Below are positions 26,869 through 37,837 of a DNA stretch of 53,499 nt, in pieces. How positions within the stretch are numbered: the stretch's first letter is position 1; each line of letters begins with the position of its first letter. The stretch comes from Clostridiales bacterium (GTDB lineage: Bacteria; Bacillota; Limnochordia; Darwinibacteriales; B1SED10-159): the NCBI GenBank assembly GCA_003551965.1, contig PUOC01000206.1:1-53499 (forward strand). Direction: 5' to 3'. The translations under genes were made by a program, and so were the position numbers. A model generated the notes under the pieces. That model made no database searches. It saw only the letters and a list, made by a program, of their open reading frames with translations, and had not been told where the DNA came from.

Positions 26869-27729
26869 TCAGGTCCTGGGATCTAGCGGATCCAGAGCAT
26901 CCCTGAGGCCGTCGCCTAGGAGGTTGAACCCGAGAACAACCAGCATAATCGCGATTCCCGGAAATGTCGATATATGCGGCGCCACCATCAGGTAGTCCCG
27001 TCCGCGGCTGAGGATGGTTCCCCACTCAGGGGTCGGCGGCTGCGCCCCTAAACCGAGAAAGCTCAGGCCTGCGGCCCACAGAATCGACGAAGCAATCAGA
27101 AGCGTGGACTGTACAAGAATGGGGCCCATGCAGTTAGGAACAATGTGCCGAAACACCACGGCCGCATCCGAACGGCCGATGGCTTTAGCCGCCGAGACAA
27201 AGTCCCTTTCTTTCAGCTGCAGAACGGTCCCCCTTACTAGACGGGCGTACTTCGGTATCGATACCACCCCGACGGCGATCATGACGTTGTTCAGCCCCAC
27301 CCCGAGTACACTGACTAAAATAATGGCCAGCAGAATGCCAGGAAAGGCCAGCATAATGTCGATGAACCGCTGCACGATGATATCCACTTTTCCTCCATAA
27401 TATCCGGAAATGGCACCTACGGGCACGCCGACAGCGGCACCGATAATGACAGAGATAACTCCAATGGTCAAGGAAATCCGAGAACCCCATATCATACGGC
27501 TGAGAAGATCACGGCCCATCTCATCCGTGCCTAACCAATGACCGGCCTGAGGAGCCTGCAGGACCATTCGGAAGTCACCGCGGATATGGCTGTGCAAATT
27601 CAAATACGGAGCCAATACCGCTAAAATTAAAAATCCGACAATAATGGCTAAGCCCAGCACCGCCGATTTCCTCCGAAAAAGACGCTTCCAGACATCCCGG
27701 GTCTGCCGGGATATAATCCGTTCCCACAC
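26869..27729 (-). CDS. Peptide/glutathione ABC transporter permease (DppC/GsiD-like)
   Basis: HWLGTDEMGRD..SR, AFPGILLA, EAA-like loop FVSAAKAIG and AQPPTPEWG. Start GTG 27729 or 27750. Confidence 0.9.
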   Translation of the reverse strand: MWERIISRQTRDVWKRLFRRKSAVLGLAIIVGFLILAVLAPYLNLHSHIRGDFRMVLQAPQAGHWLGTDEMGRDLLSRMIWGSRISLTIGVISVIIGAAVGVPVGAISGYYGGKVDIIVQRFIDIMLAFPGILLAIILVSVLGVGLNNVMIAVGVVSIPKYARLVRGTVLQLKERDFVSAAKAIGRSDAAVVFRHIVPNCMGPILVQSTLLIASSILWAAGLSFLGLGAQPPTPEWGTILSRGRDYLMVAPHISTFPGIAIMLVVLGFNLLGDGLRDALDPLDPRT

Positions 27730-27819
27730 GTGTCCGACCTCCCAACACAAGATTTATCTTCACTGCAGCCGCATGTCCGGCCCCCATGCAAGGCTGACGA
27801 CCCTGCGGCGGCATGGCAA

Positions 27820-28740
27820 TCAATCGTATTTTATGGCCGGGTCAAGGTAGACATAGAGAACGTCCACAATCAAGTTCATGACAATAAATGTCAATGACAC
27901 TGTGAGGACCGCACCCTGGACCACGGGATAGTCCCGGGCCATGATCGATTCCACCATCATCCGCCCGATGCCTGGCCACGCAAAGACAGTCTCCGTCAAG
28001 ACAGATCCGCCTAGAAGTGTTCCAAACTGCAGACCCAAAACAGTCACAACGGGAATCAGGGCATTTTTCAGCGCATGCTTGTTCACAATGCGGAACTCGG
28101 CCAGACCCTTGGAACGAGCTGTGCGGATGTAGTCCTGCCTCAGTACTTCCAGCATGGAGGAGCGTGTCATACGGGCCATGATAGCTGCAGACGACATGCC
28201 AAGGGTGATCGCCGGCAGAATAAAGTGCGCCCATGTACCCATGCCCGCCGTGGGAAGCCAATTCAGCCTCACCGAGAAGACAAGCATCAGCATCAGCCCC
28301 AGCCAGAACACGGGCATAGAGACACCGAACAGCGCAATAAACATACTGAGGTTGTCCACCCAGGTGTCCTTCTTAACCGCCGATAAAATCCCGGCACTGA
28401 CTCCCACCACCACCGCCACAGCCATGGCAGCCGTGGCCAACTTTATGGTATTGGGGAACATCTCCGCGATTTCTGCGGCCACCGGCCGGCGCGTACGGGT
28501 ACTGCGGCCTAGATCCCCCTGCAGTGCATTACTGATAAACACCCAATATTGTACAGGCAGTGGCTGATCAAGCCCAAAGCGGGCCCGGATCATGGCTACC
28601 GTCTCTTCATCAGCCCGTTCCCCCGCCAGTGCCTGCGCCGGATCACCGGGAATGGCGCGCACCATGAAGAAGACAACCAGTGAAACACCTATAATCACAG
28701 GCAAGATCATAATCAATCTACGGATAAGATATTTGCTCAT
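27820..28740 (-). CDS. Peptide/glutathione ABC transporter permease (DppB/GsiC-like)
   Basis: PGDPA, GLDQPL.VQY, GDLGRS, SMPVFW, RSSMLEVLRQDYIRTARSKGL and ETVFAWPGIG motifs. Confidence 0.92.
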   Translation of the reverse strand: MSKYLIRRLIMILPVIIGVSLVVFFMVRAIPGDPAQALAGERADEETVAMIRARFGLDQPLPVQYWVFISNALQGDLGRSTRTRRPVAAEIAEMFPNTIKLATAAMAVAVVVGVSAGILSAVKKDTWVDNLSMFIALFGVSMPVFWLGLMLMLVFSVRLNWLPTAGMGTWAHFILPAITLGMSSAAIMARMTRSSMLEVLRQDYIRTARSKGLAEFRIVNKHALKNALIPVVTVLGLQFGTLLGGSVLTETVFAWPGIGRMMVESIMARDYPVVQGAVLTVSLTFIVMNLIVDVLYVYLDPAIKYD

Positions 28741-28776
28741 GAGTCCACCTCACCAAACAATCGTATCTACGGCAAT

Positions 28777-28803
28777 GGCGGGGCTTCACAAGGAAACCCC
28801 GCC
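28777..28803 (-). terminator. Intergenic hairpin after the solute-binding protein gene (mRNA stabiliser or partial terminator)
   Basis: GGCGGGGTTTC / GAAGCCCCGCC on the minus strand, with no T tract. Confidence 0.45.
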
Positions 28804-28852
28804 GGTACATCATCTGTTCCTGCAGTTCAAACGAAACTGTCGGTGTCGAGGT

Positions 28853-30382
28853 CTATTCAAACGTGACACCGGCCGCTTGAAGACGCTCAGCCGGGTGAAC
28901 CACGAGTCCATGGACATCGGAACGCACAGCGGTAACCTGCCGCTCTACATGAAGGAACAGCCAAGGCGCTTCTTCCATAATCAAGGACATGGCTTCAAGG
29001 TACGCTTCCCGGCGGAAATCTTCGTCCGGATTGGTACGAGCCTCGTCCAGCAGTTGATCGACCCGTTCGTTGGAATAGAAGGAACGGTTAGAACCATCCG
29101 GAACGTGCTCTGAAGTGTGGAACAACGCATAGAGGCCATAGTCGGCGTCGCCGGTGACAGTACCCCATCCGAGCATCAGCATAGGCGCTTCGCTTTCTTC
29201 CTGGGGAAGCCCGGTAACATCCAAGTACGTGGACCATTCCAGGGTCACGATCTCGGCATCAATGTTGACGTCGGCGAGCATACTCTGGATCGCCTCTGCA
29301 ATCTGAATGTCCTGCATATAGCGGCCGCTCGGCGAGTACAGCTTCGTTTCAAAGCCGTCTTCAAAGCCTGCTTCAGCCAGCAGCTCCATAGCCCGATCCG
29401 GGTCATACTCGTACTTTTTAATCGGTTCATGGCCGAATACGTCTGGGGCCACGGGTGCATCCACGGGCTGTCCTACTCCGCCGAGTATAAACTCGACAAT
29501 GGCTTCTTTATCCACTGCATGGTTCACGGCTTGGCGAACCAACGGATCTGTGAACGGTTCCATGGTTACGTTAAATGCCACATAGATAGTCCGCAGGCTG
29601 GGCGTCATTACAATATCGACGTCTTGATCAGCTTCCAGCCGCTCAATATCGTGGGGAGGAACGCGCACAGCTACGTCGGCATCACCGGATTGCACCATCA
29701 TCATCCTGGCCCCGCCCTCTGGAACTGCCTGGAATACAAGCCGCTCGTAGGCAGGCTGCTCGCCCCAGTAATTTTCATTGCGGACGAGGGTCACTTCCGA
29801 ACCGCGGCGCCATTCGGAGAACTCAAAGGGGCCCGTACCGATACTGACGATGTCGCCGTAGTCCTCGCCATAATCTTCAATGGCACTGGGGCTCTGCATA
29901 GAGATGGACGTATGGGTCAGATGGGCCAAAATCGGAGCAAAGGGTTTTTCCGTAACGAACCGCACGGTGTACTCATCAACCACTTCGGTCTCGATGATCT
30001 CTGTCAGCAGGAAGCGGAAAGTAACACTTTCGTCCGGGTCAAGAATCCGATCAATGTTGTACTTCACTGCTTCGGCGTTAAACGGTGTACCGTCGTGGAA
30101 CTGGATCCCCTGCTTTAAATGGAGATCCCAGACCAAACCATCCTCCGAAACATCAAAGGAATCGGCCAGCAGAGGGACAATCTCGCCCTCGGGGGTCAAC
30201 TCAAACAACGTCTCCGATATGTGCTCGGTCACTGTGGAAGTAGGCGAATCGGTCGAGTGATGTGCGTCTAACGTCACCGCATCGGTTCCCTGTGCAATGA
30301 TCAGCGTATCTCGGGCTGCAACAGAACTTCCCATGCTCAACACCAACAGTACGGCTAAAAACAACCATCCTACTCTTCGCAT
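28853..30382 (-). CDS. ABC transporter solute-binding protein, family 5 (GsiB/DppA-like)
   Basis: FHDGTPFNAEAVK, GTGPFEF, VRQAVNHAVDK and GW.TVTGDADYGL motifs. ATG at 30382 with RBS AAGGAGG. Signal peptide without a lipobox. Confidence 0.92.
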   Translation of the reverse strand: MRRVGWLFLAVLLVLSMGSSVAARDTLIIAQGTDAVTLDAHHSTDSPTSTVTEHISETLFELTPEGEIVPLLADSFDVSEDGLVWDLHLKQGIQFHDGTPFNAEAVKYNIDRILDPDESVTFRFLLTEIIETEVVDEYTVRFVTEKPFAPILAHLTHTSISMQSPSAIEDYGEDYGDIVSIGTGPFEFSEWRRGSEVTLVRNENYWGEQPAYERLVFQAVPEGGARMMMVQSGDADVAVRVPPHDIERLEADQDVDIVMTPSLRTIYVAFNVTMEPFTDPLVRQAVNHAVDKEAIVEFILGGVGQPVDAPVAPDVFGHEPIKKYEYDPDRAMELLAEAGFEDGFETKLYSPSGRYMQDIQIAEAIQSMLADVNIDAEIVTLEWSTYLDVTGLPQEESEAPMLMLGWGTVTGDADYGLYALFHTSEHVPDGSNRSFYSNERVDQLLDEARTNPDEDFRREAYLEAMSLIMEEAPWLFLHVERQVTAVRSDVHGLVVHPAERLQAAGVTFE

Positions 30383-30433
30383 GGTTCTCCTCCTTTTTCC
30401 TATTCTTCTGGACAAACGCCTGTTATGTTACTA

Positions 30434-30462
30434 ATCTTACTCACTGCCGGGTCATTTGTCAA
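30434..30462 (-). promoter_or_regulatory. Promoter of the ABC operon
   Basis: TTGACA-17 nt-TAAGAT on the minus strand. Confidence 0.7.
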
Positions 30463-30661
30463 TGGCATATTGCGGAGCCCTTGCGGTTTTTCGTCTTTAT
30501 GAACAAACAATTCTCCTGAAAACAACATGGCTGGAGCAAACGATGATTGAAAACGCAGTGGGCTGCCGATCTGCCGCTGTCCTTTGCACGGCATCAGGCA
30601 CCGTGTCCCCAAGGCCCCCACTCCGTGCGATCGGATCGTATTTCGATGAAGCAGGAAAGCA

Positions 30662-30711
30662 TTGACAATCGCCAGCTCAATCCATTATAATTAAAACTGA
30701 CACCAGTGTCA
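30662..30711 (+). promoter_or_regulatory. tetR promoter with a palindromic operator candidate
   Basis: TTGACA-18 nt-TATAAT (30662-30691), followed by the inverted repeat TGACAC-CA-GTGTCA (30698-30711) over the expected +1. Confidence 0.72.
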
Positions 30712-30728
30712 AAAAAGGATCTGTGCCT

Positions 30729-31340
30729 ATGCCGAAAATCGTAGATCACGACCAGAAGAAATGGGAAATTATGAACGAGGCCGCCACGCTTTTTGGCCAG
30801 CAGGGATATTATCATACTTCACTGGCAGATATTGCATCCCAGTGCGGCCTGTCTAGGACCGCCCTCTATCAATACTTCCAAAACAAGGACGATGTGTTTC
30901 GCTCCGTTCTCACGCATATCCTCGGTACCCTGCTTGCAGAGCTGGAGCGTATAGAAAGAAGCTCCGCGGGATCCGCGGATCAACTGCGAGAAGTTTTTGA
31001 AATGCTTGGGAGGCGGTTCCGGGAAGAGAAGCACCTGCTTTTGGTCTTGGCTGAGGCCAAGCCCATGGTCCGTGTCGGCCACGCCGAAGTATGGGAAGAA
31101 ATTCTTTCCTTTCGCAGCCGCGTCACTGCCCTGTTAGCGTCCATCTTGAGACGAGGCGTTGCCGGTGGTGAGCTGCAGCCTATTGACCCGGAAGGAATGG
31201 CCTCGACCATCTACCTTTTGGTAGAGTCGCTGCTAGTTCATTTATCCGTAACCGAAAATGCCAATCTAGCTGACCATTTGAGTAATCTCGACTTCTTTCT
31301 CGGTCGTTTGGAAAGGACAGATACGGAAACAAAATCCTGA
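30729..31340 (+). CDS. TetR/AcrR-family transcriptional regulator
   Basis: LF.QQGY..TSLADIA..CGLSRTALYQYFQNKDDVF HTH. Confidence 0.92.
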   Translation: MPKIVDHDQKKWEIMNEAATLFGQQGYYHTSLADIASQCGLSRTALYQYFQNKDDVFRSVLTHILGTLLAELERIERSSAGSADQLREVFEMLGRRFREEKHLLLVLAEAKPMVRVGHAEVWEEILSFRSRVTALLASILRRGVAGGELQPIDPEGMASTIYLLVESLLVHLSVTENANLADHLSNLDFFLGRLERTDTETKS

Positions 31341-31400
31341 CAGGAGGTGAAGGTGTACCCATTGTCGGAGGTTCTATATTACAATTAGGAGGTATGCTAA

Positions 31401-31700
31401 ATGGCCGATTTCAGCTGCAATATCAACGCGACTATCGAACCGCCGTCGGCGAAACCCGGAGACACCATTCGCATCAAGGCAGATGTCAGCGATGTTCAAG
31501 GGGAGATCCGGCACGTTATTTTGTCGGTTCCCCAGTACGGCATGGTAGAAACGCTGAAGCCCCAGGGCGACGGGAGTTATTCCCTCAGCTATACCATTCC
31601 GTGGGAAGCCCCTTCGACCACATATGATCTGCGTCTGTATGCCACAAGCACCGAAGGTGAACGCAGCGAGCCTGAGCGCCTGAACTTTACTGTCATGTAA
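31401..31700 (+). CDS. Small hypothetical protein, beta-strand-rich (possibly Ig-like)
   Basis: AGGAGG RBS at normal spacing, alternating hydrophobic pattern (PGDTIRIKADV..., GDGSYSLSYTIP..A....YDLRLYA), followed by a terminator. Confidence 0.65.
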   Translation: MADFSCNINATIEPPSAKPGDTIRIKADVSDVQGEIRHVILSVPQYGMVETLKPQGDGSYSLSYTIPWEAPSTTYDLRLYATSTEGERSEPERLNFTVM

Positions 31701-31706
31701 CGGACA

Positions 31707-31745
31707 AAACCCGGTTTCTCCAAGAGAAGCCGGGTTATTTCTTTC
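31707..31745. terminator. Bidirectional intrinsic terminator
   Basis: AAAACCCGGTTTCTC-CAA-GAGAAGCCGGGTT-ATTTCTTT between the convergent small ORF and leuB. Confidence 0.75.
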
Positions 31746-31767
31746 ACTGCCGATGGCTGCATACGAA

Positions 31768-32844
31768 CTAGAGCGCTTCGCAGATCAGCTGCCCCATTTT
31801 CCGGGTGCCCACCAACGTTGTACCGGCACTGGCAATATCTCCCGTCCGATACCCTGCCTGCAGTACTTCAGACACAGCCGCTTCCACGGCGTCGGCTTCA
31901 GCGGCCAAACCAAAGCTATAGCGCAGCATCATGGCCGCTGATAGGATTGTGGCAATGGGATTGGCCTTGTCCTGGCCAGCGATGTCCGGTGCCGAGCCAT
32001 GAATCGGTTCGTACATCCCCAACCTCTCCTTGCCAAGACTGGCAGACGGCAGCATGCCGATGGAACCGGTGATCATGCTGGCTTCGTCGGACAAGATATC
32101 GCCGAACATGTTGGTGGTCACAAGCACATCGAACTGGGATGGATCACGCACCAGCTGCATGGCGGCATTGTCCACATACATGTGCTCCAATGTCACATCA
32201 GGGTACTCACCAGCTACGGCCACGACAACCGATCGCCACAGCCGCGAGCTCTCCAGCACATTGGCCTTGTCCACACTGGTCACGTGCTTCTTCCTCTTGC
32301 GGGCAATATCAAAGGCTGTGCGGGCAATACGCTCTACTTCGGCCTCACCATAGGCTTCTGTGTCGTAGGCCTCCTCTCCATAGCGCCCTTGCCTGCGGCC
32401 GCGATCACCAAAATAGATCCCTCCGGTCAATTCCCGTACAACCATGATGTCAATGCCGCCGGCCGCGATGTCCGCCTGCAGCGGACAGGCTTCCCGCAGC
32501 GGTTCATACAGCACTGCAGGACGGAGGTTGGCATACAATTCCAATGCCCCTCTCAGGCCCAACAGGGCCCTTTCCGGGCGATCACTGCCGGAAAGATGGT
32601 CCCACTGCGGCCCTCCCACCGCACCCAACAGGATGGAATCGCTGGCGCGGCAGCCGGCCAGTGTCTTTTCGGGCAGAGGCTCACCTAGCTTGTCAATGGC
32701 GGCACCACCGGCGTCATATTGCTGGCATTCAATCCTGTGGCTGAACTTCTCCGCCACTCGCTCTAGAACCGACTGCGCTTCCTTTACTATATCGGGACCA
32801 ATACCATCCCCGGGCAGGACTGCAATGGACAACTGCATGGGCAT
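31768..32844 (-). CDS. leuB: 3-isopropylmalate dehydrogenase
   Basis: [48 protein letters not shown] and [12 protein letters not shown] motifs. Confidence 0.97.
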   Translation of the reverse strand: MPMQLSIAVLPGDGIGPDIVKEAQSVLERVAEKFSHRIECQQYDAGGAAIDKLGEPLPEKTLAGCRASDSILLGAVGGPQWDHLSGSDRPERALLGLRGALELYANLRPAVLYEPLREACPLQADIAAGGIDIMVVRELTGGIYFGDRGRRQGRYGEEAYDTEAYGEAEVERIARTAFDIARKRKKHVTSVDKANVLESSRLWRSVVVAVAGEYPDVTLEHMYVDNAAMQLVRDPSQFDVLVTTNMFGDILSDEASMITGSIGMLPSASLGKERLGMYEPIHGSAPDIAGQDKANPIATILSAAMMLRYSFGLAAEADAVEAAVSEVLQAGYRTGDIASAGTTLVGTRKMGQLICEAL

Positions 32845-32853
32845 CGACTCCTT

Positions 32854-33348
32854 CTAAGTAGCTTTTTTCTGGCGGATGTAGGGAATTAGACCGCCGGCTG
32901 TAATCAGCTCCTGCATAAATTCCGGAAACGGCTCCGCCTGATAGATCTGGCCTTTGGTAGCATTGCTTATTTCACCGGTGGTGAAATCCACCTCAACAAC
33001 ATCGCCTTTTTCGATACCCCGCACAGCTTCACTGCATTCTAGGATCGGCAGCCCAATATTGAGGGCATTGCGGTAAAATATCCGGGCAAAGGTACTGGCG
33101 ATAACCACGGATACTCCCGCTGCCTTAATGGCCATGGGGGCGTGCTCCCGCGACGAACCGCACCCGAAATTTTTGTCGGCCACGATCAGATCTCCTGTCC
33201 TGACCTCTTTGACAAACTCGCTGTCAATGTCCTCCATGCAGTGTTTGGCCAATTCTGCGGGATCGGACGTGTTCAAATAGCGGGCGGGAATGATGACATC
33301 CGTATCCACATTGCTGCCGTATTTGAACGCTCTGCCTTTCGCCTGCAT
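32854..33348 (-). CDS. leuD: 3-isopropylmalate dehydratase small subunit
   Basis: [25 protein letters not shown] and FARIFYRNA motifs. Confidence 0.96.
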   Translation of the reverse strand: MQAKGRAFKYGSNVDTDVIIPARYLNTSDPAELAKHCMEDIDSEFVKEVRTGDLIVADKNFGCGSSREHAPMAIKAAGVSVVIASTFARIFYRNALNIGLPILECSEAVRGIEKGDVVEVDFTTGEISNATKGQIYQAEPFPEFMQELITAGGLIPYIRQKKAT

Positions 33349-33360
33349 ACTTTTTCCTCC

Positions 33361-34626
33361 TTACCCCGACACACTGGCGGGATCGGTAATTCGTCCGGTT
33401 ATGGCCGTGGCCGCTGCCACCGCAGGACTGGCCAGATACACCTCTGACTCCGGGTGGCCCATGCGGCCCACAAAATTCCGGTTGGTGGTGGCCACGGCCC
33501 GCTCACCTTTGGCCAAGATGCCCATATGCCCGCCCAAACAGGGGCCGCAGGTAGGTGTGCTGAAGGCGGCGCCGGCTTCCACCAGTGCCTCCACCAATCC
33601 TTCCCTGAGCGCCTGCAAGTAAATCCTCTGCGTAGCTGGGAACACAATCAAGCGCACGCCCTTGGCTACCTTTCTGCCCTTGAGAATGGCCGCCGCCGTT
33701 CGGATATCACCGATGCGCCCGTTGGTGCACGATCCGATGACCACTTGATCCACTGTCACATCACCCACCTCATCGATCGTCCGTGTGTTGTCCGGCAGAT
33801 GGGGGAAGGACACCGTCGGACGGATGGCGCTGAGATCTATGGTATGGCAGGTATCATAGTCTGCATCCGGATCGGCTTCATAGACGGTATAGTCCCTGTA
33901 GGAATGTTCCTTTACATAGGCCACGGTCTGTTCGTCCACGGGAAATATGCCGTTCTTGGCGCCCGCTTCGATGGCCATGTTGGCGATGGTGAAACGGTCA
34001 TCCATGGACAGCTGTGACACCCCTTCACCGACAAACTCCATCGATCGGTAAAGCGCACCATCCACTCCAATCCGGCCGATAATGTGCAGGATAACGTCTT
34101 TGCCGCTGACCCATTCCTGCAGGGTTCCCGTCAAACGGAACTGCATGGCGGCAGGTACTTTGAACCAGGTTTGGCCAGTGGCCATGCCCGCTGCCATGTC
34201 CGTGCTGCCAATACCGGTGGAAAAAGCACCCAAAGCGCCGTAGGTGCATGTATGGGAGTCTGCGCCAATGACCACATCGCCCGGTACAACCAGGCCCTTT
34301 TCGGGCAGCAGTGCATGTTCAATGCCCATTTCACCAATTTCGAAGTAATTTTCTATCTGTTTTTCTTGGGCAAAGGAGCGCACGACCTTGCACTGTTCCG
34401 CTGCCTGAATATCCTTATTGGGAGTGAAATGATCCGGAACAATGGCCACCTTGCCGCGGTCAAACACCCCGTCGACTCCGATCTTCTCAAACTCCGTAAT
34501 CGCCACAGGCGCCGTAATATCATTGCCAAGCACCAGATCGAGATTGGCCATAATCAGCTGCCCGGCCTTTACTTCTTCATGCCCTGCATGGGCCGCCAGG
34601 ATCTTCTGGGTCATTGTCATTCCCAT
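33361..34626 (-). CDS. leuC: 3-isopropylmalate dehydratase large subunit
   Basis: [26 protein letters not shown] and NRNFVGRMG motifs. Confidence 0.96.
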   Translation of the reverse strand: MGMTMTQKILAAHAGHEEVKAGQLIMANLDLVLGNDITAPVAITEFEKIGVDGVFDRGKVAIVPDHFTPNKDIQAAEQCKVVRSFAQEKQIENYFEIGEMGIEHALLPEKGLVVPGDVVIGADSHTCTYGALGAFSTGIGSTDMAAGMATGQTWFKVPAAMQFRLTGTLQEWVSGKDVILHIIGRIGVDGALYRSMEFVGEGVSQLSMDDRFTIANMAIEAGAKNGIFPVDEQTVAYVKEHSYRDYTVYEADPDADYDTCHTIDLSAIRPTVSFPHLPDNTRTIDEVGDVTVDQVVIGSCTNGRIGDIRTAAAILKGRKVAKGVRLIVFPATQRIYLQALREGLVEALVEAGAAFSTPTCGPCLGGHMGILAKGERAVATTNRNFVGRMGHPESEVYLASPAVAAATAITGRITDPASVSG

Positions 34627-34641
34627 GAGGAAATGCCTCCC

Positions 34642-36261
34642 TTACATAAATACACGCATTTTCTTCTCCATGTCCTTGAGCAGTTTGTGCTCGATGGAAT
34701 CCACTAAGGCAATCCAACTGGCTTCAATAATATCCGGCGACACTCCAACCGTCGTCCAGGAATCATCGCCGTCGGTCGACTCAATCAGCACCCGTACTTT
34801 ACTGGCTGTAGCCGACTTGGTATCGAGCACGCGCACTTTATAGTCCGTTAAGTGTACCTTCTTCAGTTCGGGATAGAAGATCTCCAGGGCCTTCCGCAGT
34901 GCCTTGTCCAAGGCATGGACCGGGCCTTCACCGTCGGCAGCCGTTATCTCTTCACGATTGTCCACCGCCAGCTTAATCATCGCCGTGGAACTGGCCTTTT
35001 CGCTGCGGGGCTGTTCGCCCAGTATTTTGAAATACCCCAGCTTGAAAAAGGGCTGATATTTGCCCAAATGCTTGTGCACCAAAAGCTTGAAGCTGCTTTC
35101 GGCGCTTTCAAACTGGTATCCCATGTGCTCAAGCTCCTTGAGCCGCTGAATTATGCCCTCGGTTTCCGGTGAGTCCTTCTTAACCGAAGGAACTACACTT
35201 TGTATGCGGCTAAGGATGTTGGAACGGCCCGACACTTCGGACATCAGAAAACGTCTTTCATTGCCGACCTCGGCCGGATCAACATGCTCGAATGACTTCG
35301 ATGCTTTGCTGACACCGTCGATGTGCATACCGCCTTTGTGGGCAAAGGCACTCTTCCCAACGTACGGATCCCGCTCATTCAGCTTAACATTGGCTATTTC
35401 ACTGGCATAGCCTGCTATCTGGGTCAGCTTCTGCAGTTGGTCGGGGAAAATGCATTGGAAACCTTTCTTCAACTGCAAATTGGGTATGATTGTGCAGAGA
35501 TTGGCATTGCCGCAGCGTTCCCCCAGCCCATTGAGTGTACCCTGGACATGGGTGGCGCCAGCATCCACCGCCATCATGGTATTGGCCACCGCCATACCTC
35601 CGTCATTATGGCAATGAATACCGATCTCGATATGGGGATTTCCAGCAAATTGTTTCTTGACCAGAGCCGTAACTTCGTAGATTTCATCGGGGAAGGCGCC
35701 GCCATTGGTGTCACAAAGGCAGAGAACACCGGCACCGCCTTCAACCGCTGCGGACAGTGTGGCTAGGGCATACTCCGGGTTGTGTTTATAGCCGTCGTAA
35801 AAATGCTCGGCATCGAAGATGACCTCCTTACCGCGCTCTTTGAAAAAGCCCAGTGTATCTCGGATCATATTGAGGTTTTCGTCCAAACTAGCCTGAAGCA
35901 CCTCCGTCACGTGAAAGTCCCAGCTTTTTCCAAAAATGGCCACCGCCGGCGTACTGGCCTTCAGCAGTGATTGCACGTTTTTGTCCTCTTCCACAGGGAT
36001 ATTTCTGCGGCGCGTACTGCCAAACCCCGTTAAAATGGAGTTTTTCAATTCCAAGCCGGCGGCTTCCGCAAAGAAGTCCAGTTCTTTAGGGTTAGAACCG
36101 GGATTGCCCGCTTCAATATACTGGATTCCCATGTCGTCGAGGGCTTCCACAATCTTGAGTTTGTCCGGTACGGAAAAGGATATTCCTTCGGCCTGCGCGC
36201 CGTCCCGCAGCGTCGAATCAAACATATGCAGTGCCCTTTCCTGGCTGCTCCCTTTACTCAT
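34642..36261 (-). CDS. cimA: Citramalate synthase
   Basis: [56 protein letters not shown] and DYKVRVL motifs. ATG at 36261 overlaps the leuA end. Confidence 0.92.
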   Translation of the reverse strand: MSKGSSQERALHMFDSTLRDGAQAEGISFSVPDKLKIVEALDDMGIQYIEAGNPGSNPKELDFFAEAAGLELKNSILTGFGSTRRRNIPVEEDKNVQSLLKASTPAVAIFGKSWDFHVTEVLQASLDENLNMIRDTLGFFKERGKEVIFDAEHFYDGYKHNPEYALATLSAAVEGGAGVLCLCDTNGGAFPDEIYEVTALVKKQFAGNPHIEIGIHCHNDGGMAVANTMMAVDAGATHVQGTLNGLGERCGNANLCTIIPNLQLKKGFQCIFPDQLQKLTQIAGYASEIANVKLNERDPYVGKSAFAHKGGMHIDGVSKASKSFEHVDPAEVGNERRFLMSEVSGRSNILSRIQSVVPSVKKDSPETEGIIQRLKELEHMGYQFESAESSFKLLVHKHLGKYQPFFKLGYFKILGEQPRSEKASSTAMIKLAVDNREEITAADGEGPVHALDKALRKALEIFYPELKKVHLTDYKVRVLDTKSATASKVRVLIESTDGDDSWTTVGVSPDIIEASWIALVDSIEHKLLKDMEKKMRVFM

Positions 36262-37822
36262 GGGCCATACTCTCCTCTGCCCCAGCTTCCTTCCCGCTGG
36301 CTTGACGTATCTCGTCATACATTTTGTTAATCGCGTTCAGATAGGCGTTGACACTGGCCTCGATCACGTCGGTACTCAGGCCGCGCCCGTTGTAGAGCTT
36401 CTGTTCGCGCTTGATTTTTACCAGTACCTCACCTTGGGCATCGGTGCCCTCGGTCACAGCATTGAGCCCGTAGCTATCCAATTCAAATTCCAAACCGACG
36501 ATCTCGTCAATGGCCCTATAAGAGGCATCAACCGGGCCGTCGCCGGTGGCTACCGCTTCTTTCACCGCGCCGCCTCCATTGACCAGCGTTACGCAGGCCG
36601 TCGACGTGATCGAATTGCCGCTGTTTATGACAAAACGCTTCAAGGAATAGGTCTCCGGGATATGGGCCGCCTTCTGTTCCACAAGCGCTTCCAGATCTGC
36701 GTCGGCTACGATCTTCTTCTTATCGGCCAATGCTTTGAACTGCTCAAAGGCCTCATCGAGCTGTTCCTTGGGCAGACTGTAGCCCATGGTTATGAGGCGG
36801 TCCTCAAAGGCATGCCGTCCGGAATGCTTACCAAGCACCATGCGGTTGGCCGCCAAGCCGATGGATGCGGGAGTCATAATTTCATAGGTGCTCTGGTTGG
36901 CCAGAACCCCGTGCTGGTGGATGCCAGACTCATGGGCAAAGGCGTTAGCGCCCACAACGGCCTTGTTCACCTGCACCTGCGCGCCAGTCAGCGTGCTTAC
37001 CAAGCGGCTGGCGCGGTATATTTGCGTGGTGTCCACATTGGTATCGGCGTTATAGAAGTCCTGGCGGGTCTTCAGCCCCATCACTATCTCTTCCAATGCG
37101 GCGTTGCCCGCCCGTTCCCCGATCCCGTTTATGGTGCATTCCAACTGCGTCACGCCCTGACGCACAGCCGCCATGGTATTGGCCACAGCCAATCCCAGGT
37201 CATTGTGGCAGTGCACGGCCAGCTCAGTCTTGTCTAGGTTCGGCACATTGTTCCTAATGCCTTGAATCAGTTCGGTGAACTCCCAGGGAGTCGTGTAGCC
37301 CACTGTATCAGGGATATTGACGACTGTAGCGCCCGCATCGATCACAGCTTCGAACAGACGATAGAGAAATTCTGGTTCGCTTCTGGTGGCGTCTTCGGCC
37401 GAAAATTGGACATCAGAACAGTACTGCTTGGCATAGCGGACCATATCGACGGCCTGCTCCAGCACCTGATCGGGTCGTTTTCTCAGCTTGTGCTCCATAT
37501 GGATAGGCGAACTGGCAATGAAGGTGTGCAGCCGCGGCGCGGCCGCTTCCCGCACGCCGTCCCATGCGTGGTCAATGTCCTTCGGCAGTGCCCGGGCCAG
37601 GCTGGCAATGACGCAGTCTTTAACCTCTCGGGATACCGCCTTGATAGCTGCCAGATCATCCGGTGATGCGATGGCAAAGCCCGCCTCGATCACATCCACC
37701 CGCAGACGTTCCAGCTGTCTGGCCACTTCCAGTTTTTCCTTCAGGTTCATGCTGCATCCCGGTGACTGTTCCCCATCCCGGAGGGTGGTGTCAAATACCT
37801 TCAGCGTGTTTGCGGCGGTCAT
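36254..37822 (-). CDS. leuA: 2-isopropylmalate synthase
   Basis: FDTTLRDGEQSPG, FSAEDATRS, PDTVGY, HCHNDLG, GERAGN, HESGIHQ and LGKHSGRHA motifs, with a C-terminal regulatory domain. Confidence 0.97.
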   Translation of the reverse strand: MTAANTLKVFDTTLRDGEQSPGCSMNLKEKLEVARQLERLRVDVIEAGFAIASPDDLAAIKAVSREVKDCVIASLARALPKDIDHAWDGVREAAAPRLHTFIASSPIHMEHKLRKRPDQVLEQAVDMVRYAKQYCSDVQFSAEDATRSEPEFLYRLFEAVIDAGATVVNIPDTVGYTTPWEFTELIQGIRNNVPNLDKTELAVHCHNDLGLAVANTMAAVRQGVTQLECTINGIGERAGNAALEEIVMGLKTRQDFYNADTNVDTTQIYRASRLVSTLTGAQVQVNKAVVGANAFAHESGIHQHGVLANQSTYEIMTPASIGLAANRMVLGKHSGRHAFEDRLITMGYSLPKEQLDEAFEQFKALADKKKIVADADLEALVEQKAAHIPETYSLKRFVINSGNSITSTACVTLVNGGGAVKEAVATGDGPVDASYRAIDEIVGLEFELDSYGLNAVTEGTDAQGEVLVKIKREQKLYNGRGLSTDVIEASVNAYLNAINKMYDEIRQASGKEAGAEESMAHE

Positions 37823-37837
37823 CGAGATAACCTCCCT

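Noticed and set aside
29117-30118. 333-aa plus-strand ORF
   Set aside because: Antisense shadow of the solute-binding protein gene.
35936-37237. 433-aa plus-strand ORF
   Set aside because: Antisense shadow of leuA/cimA; no recognisable protein features.
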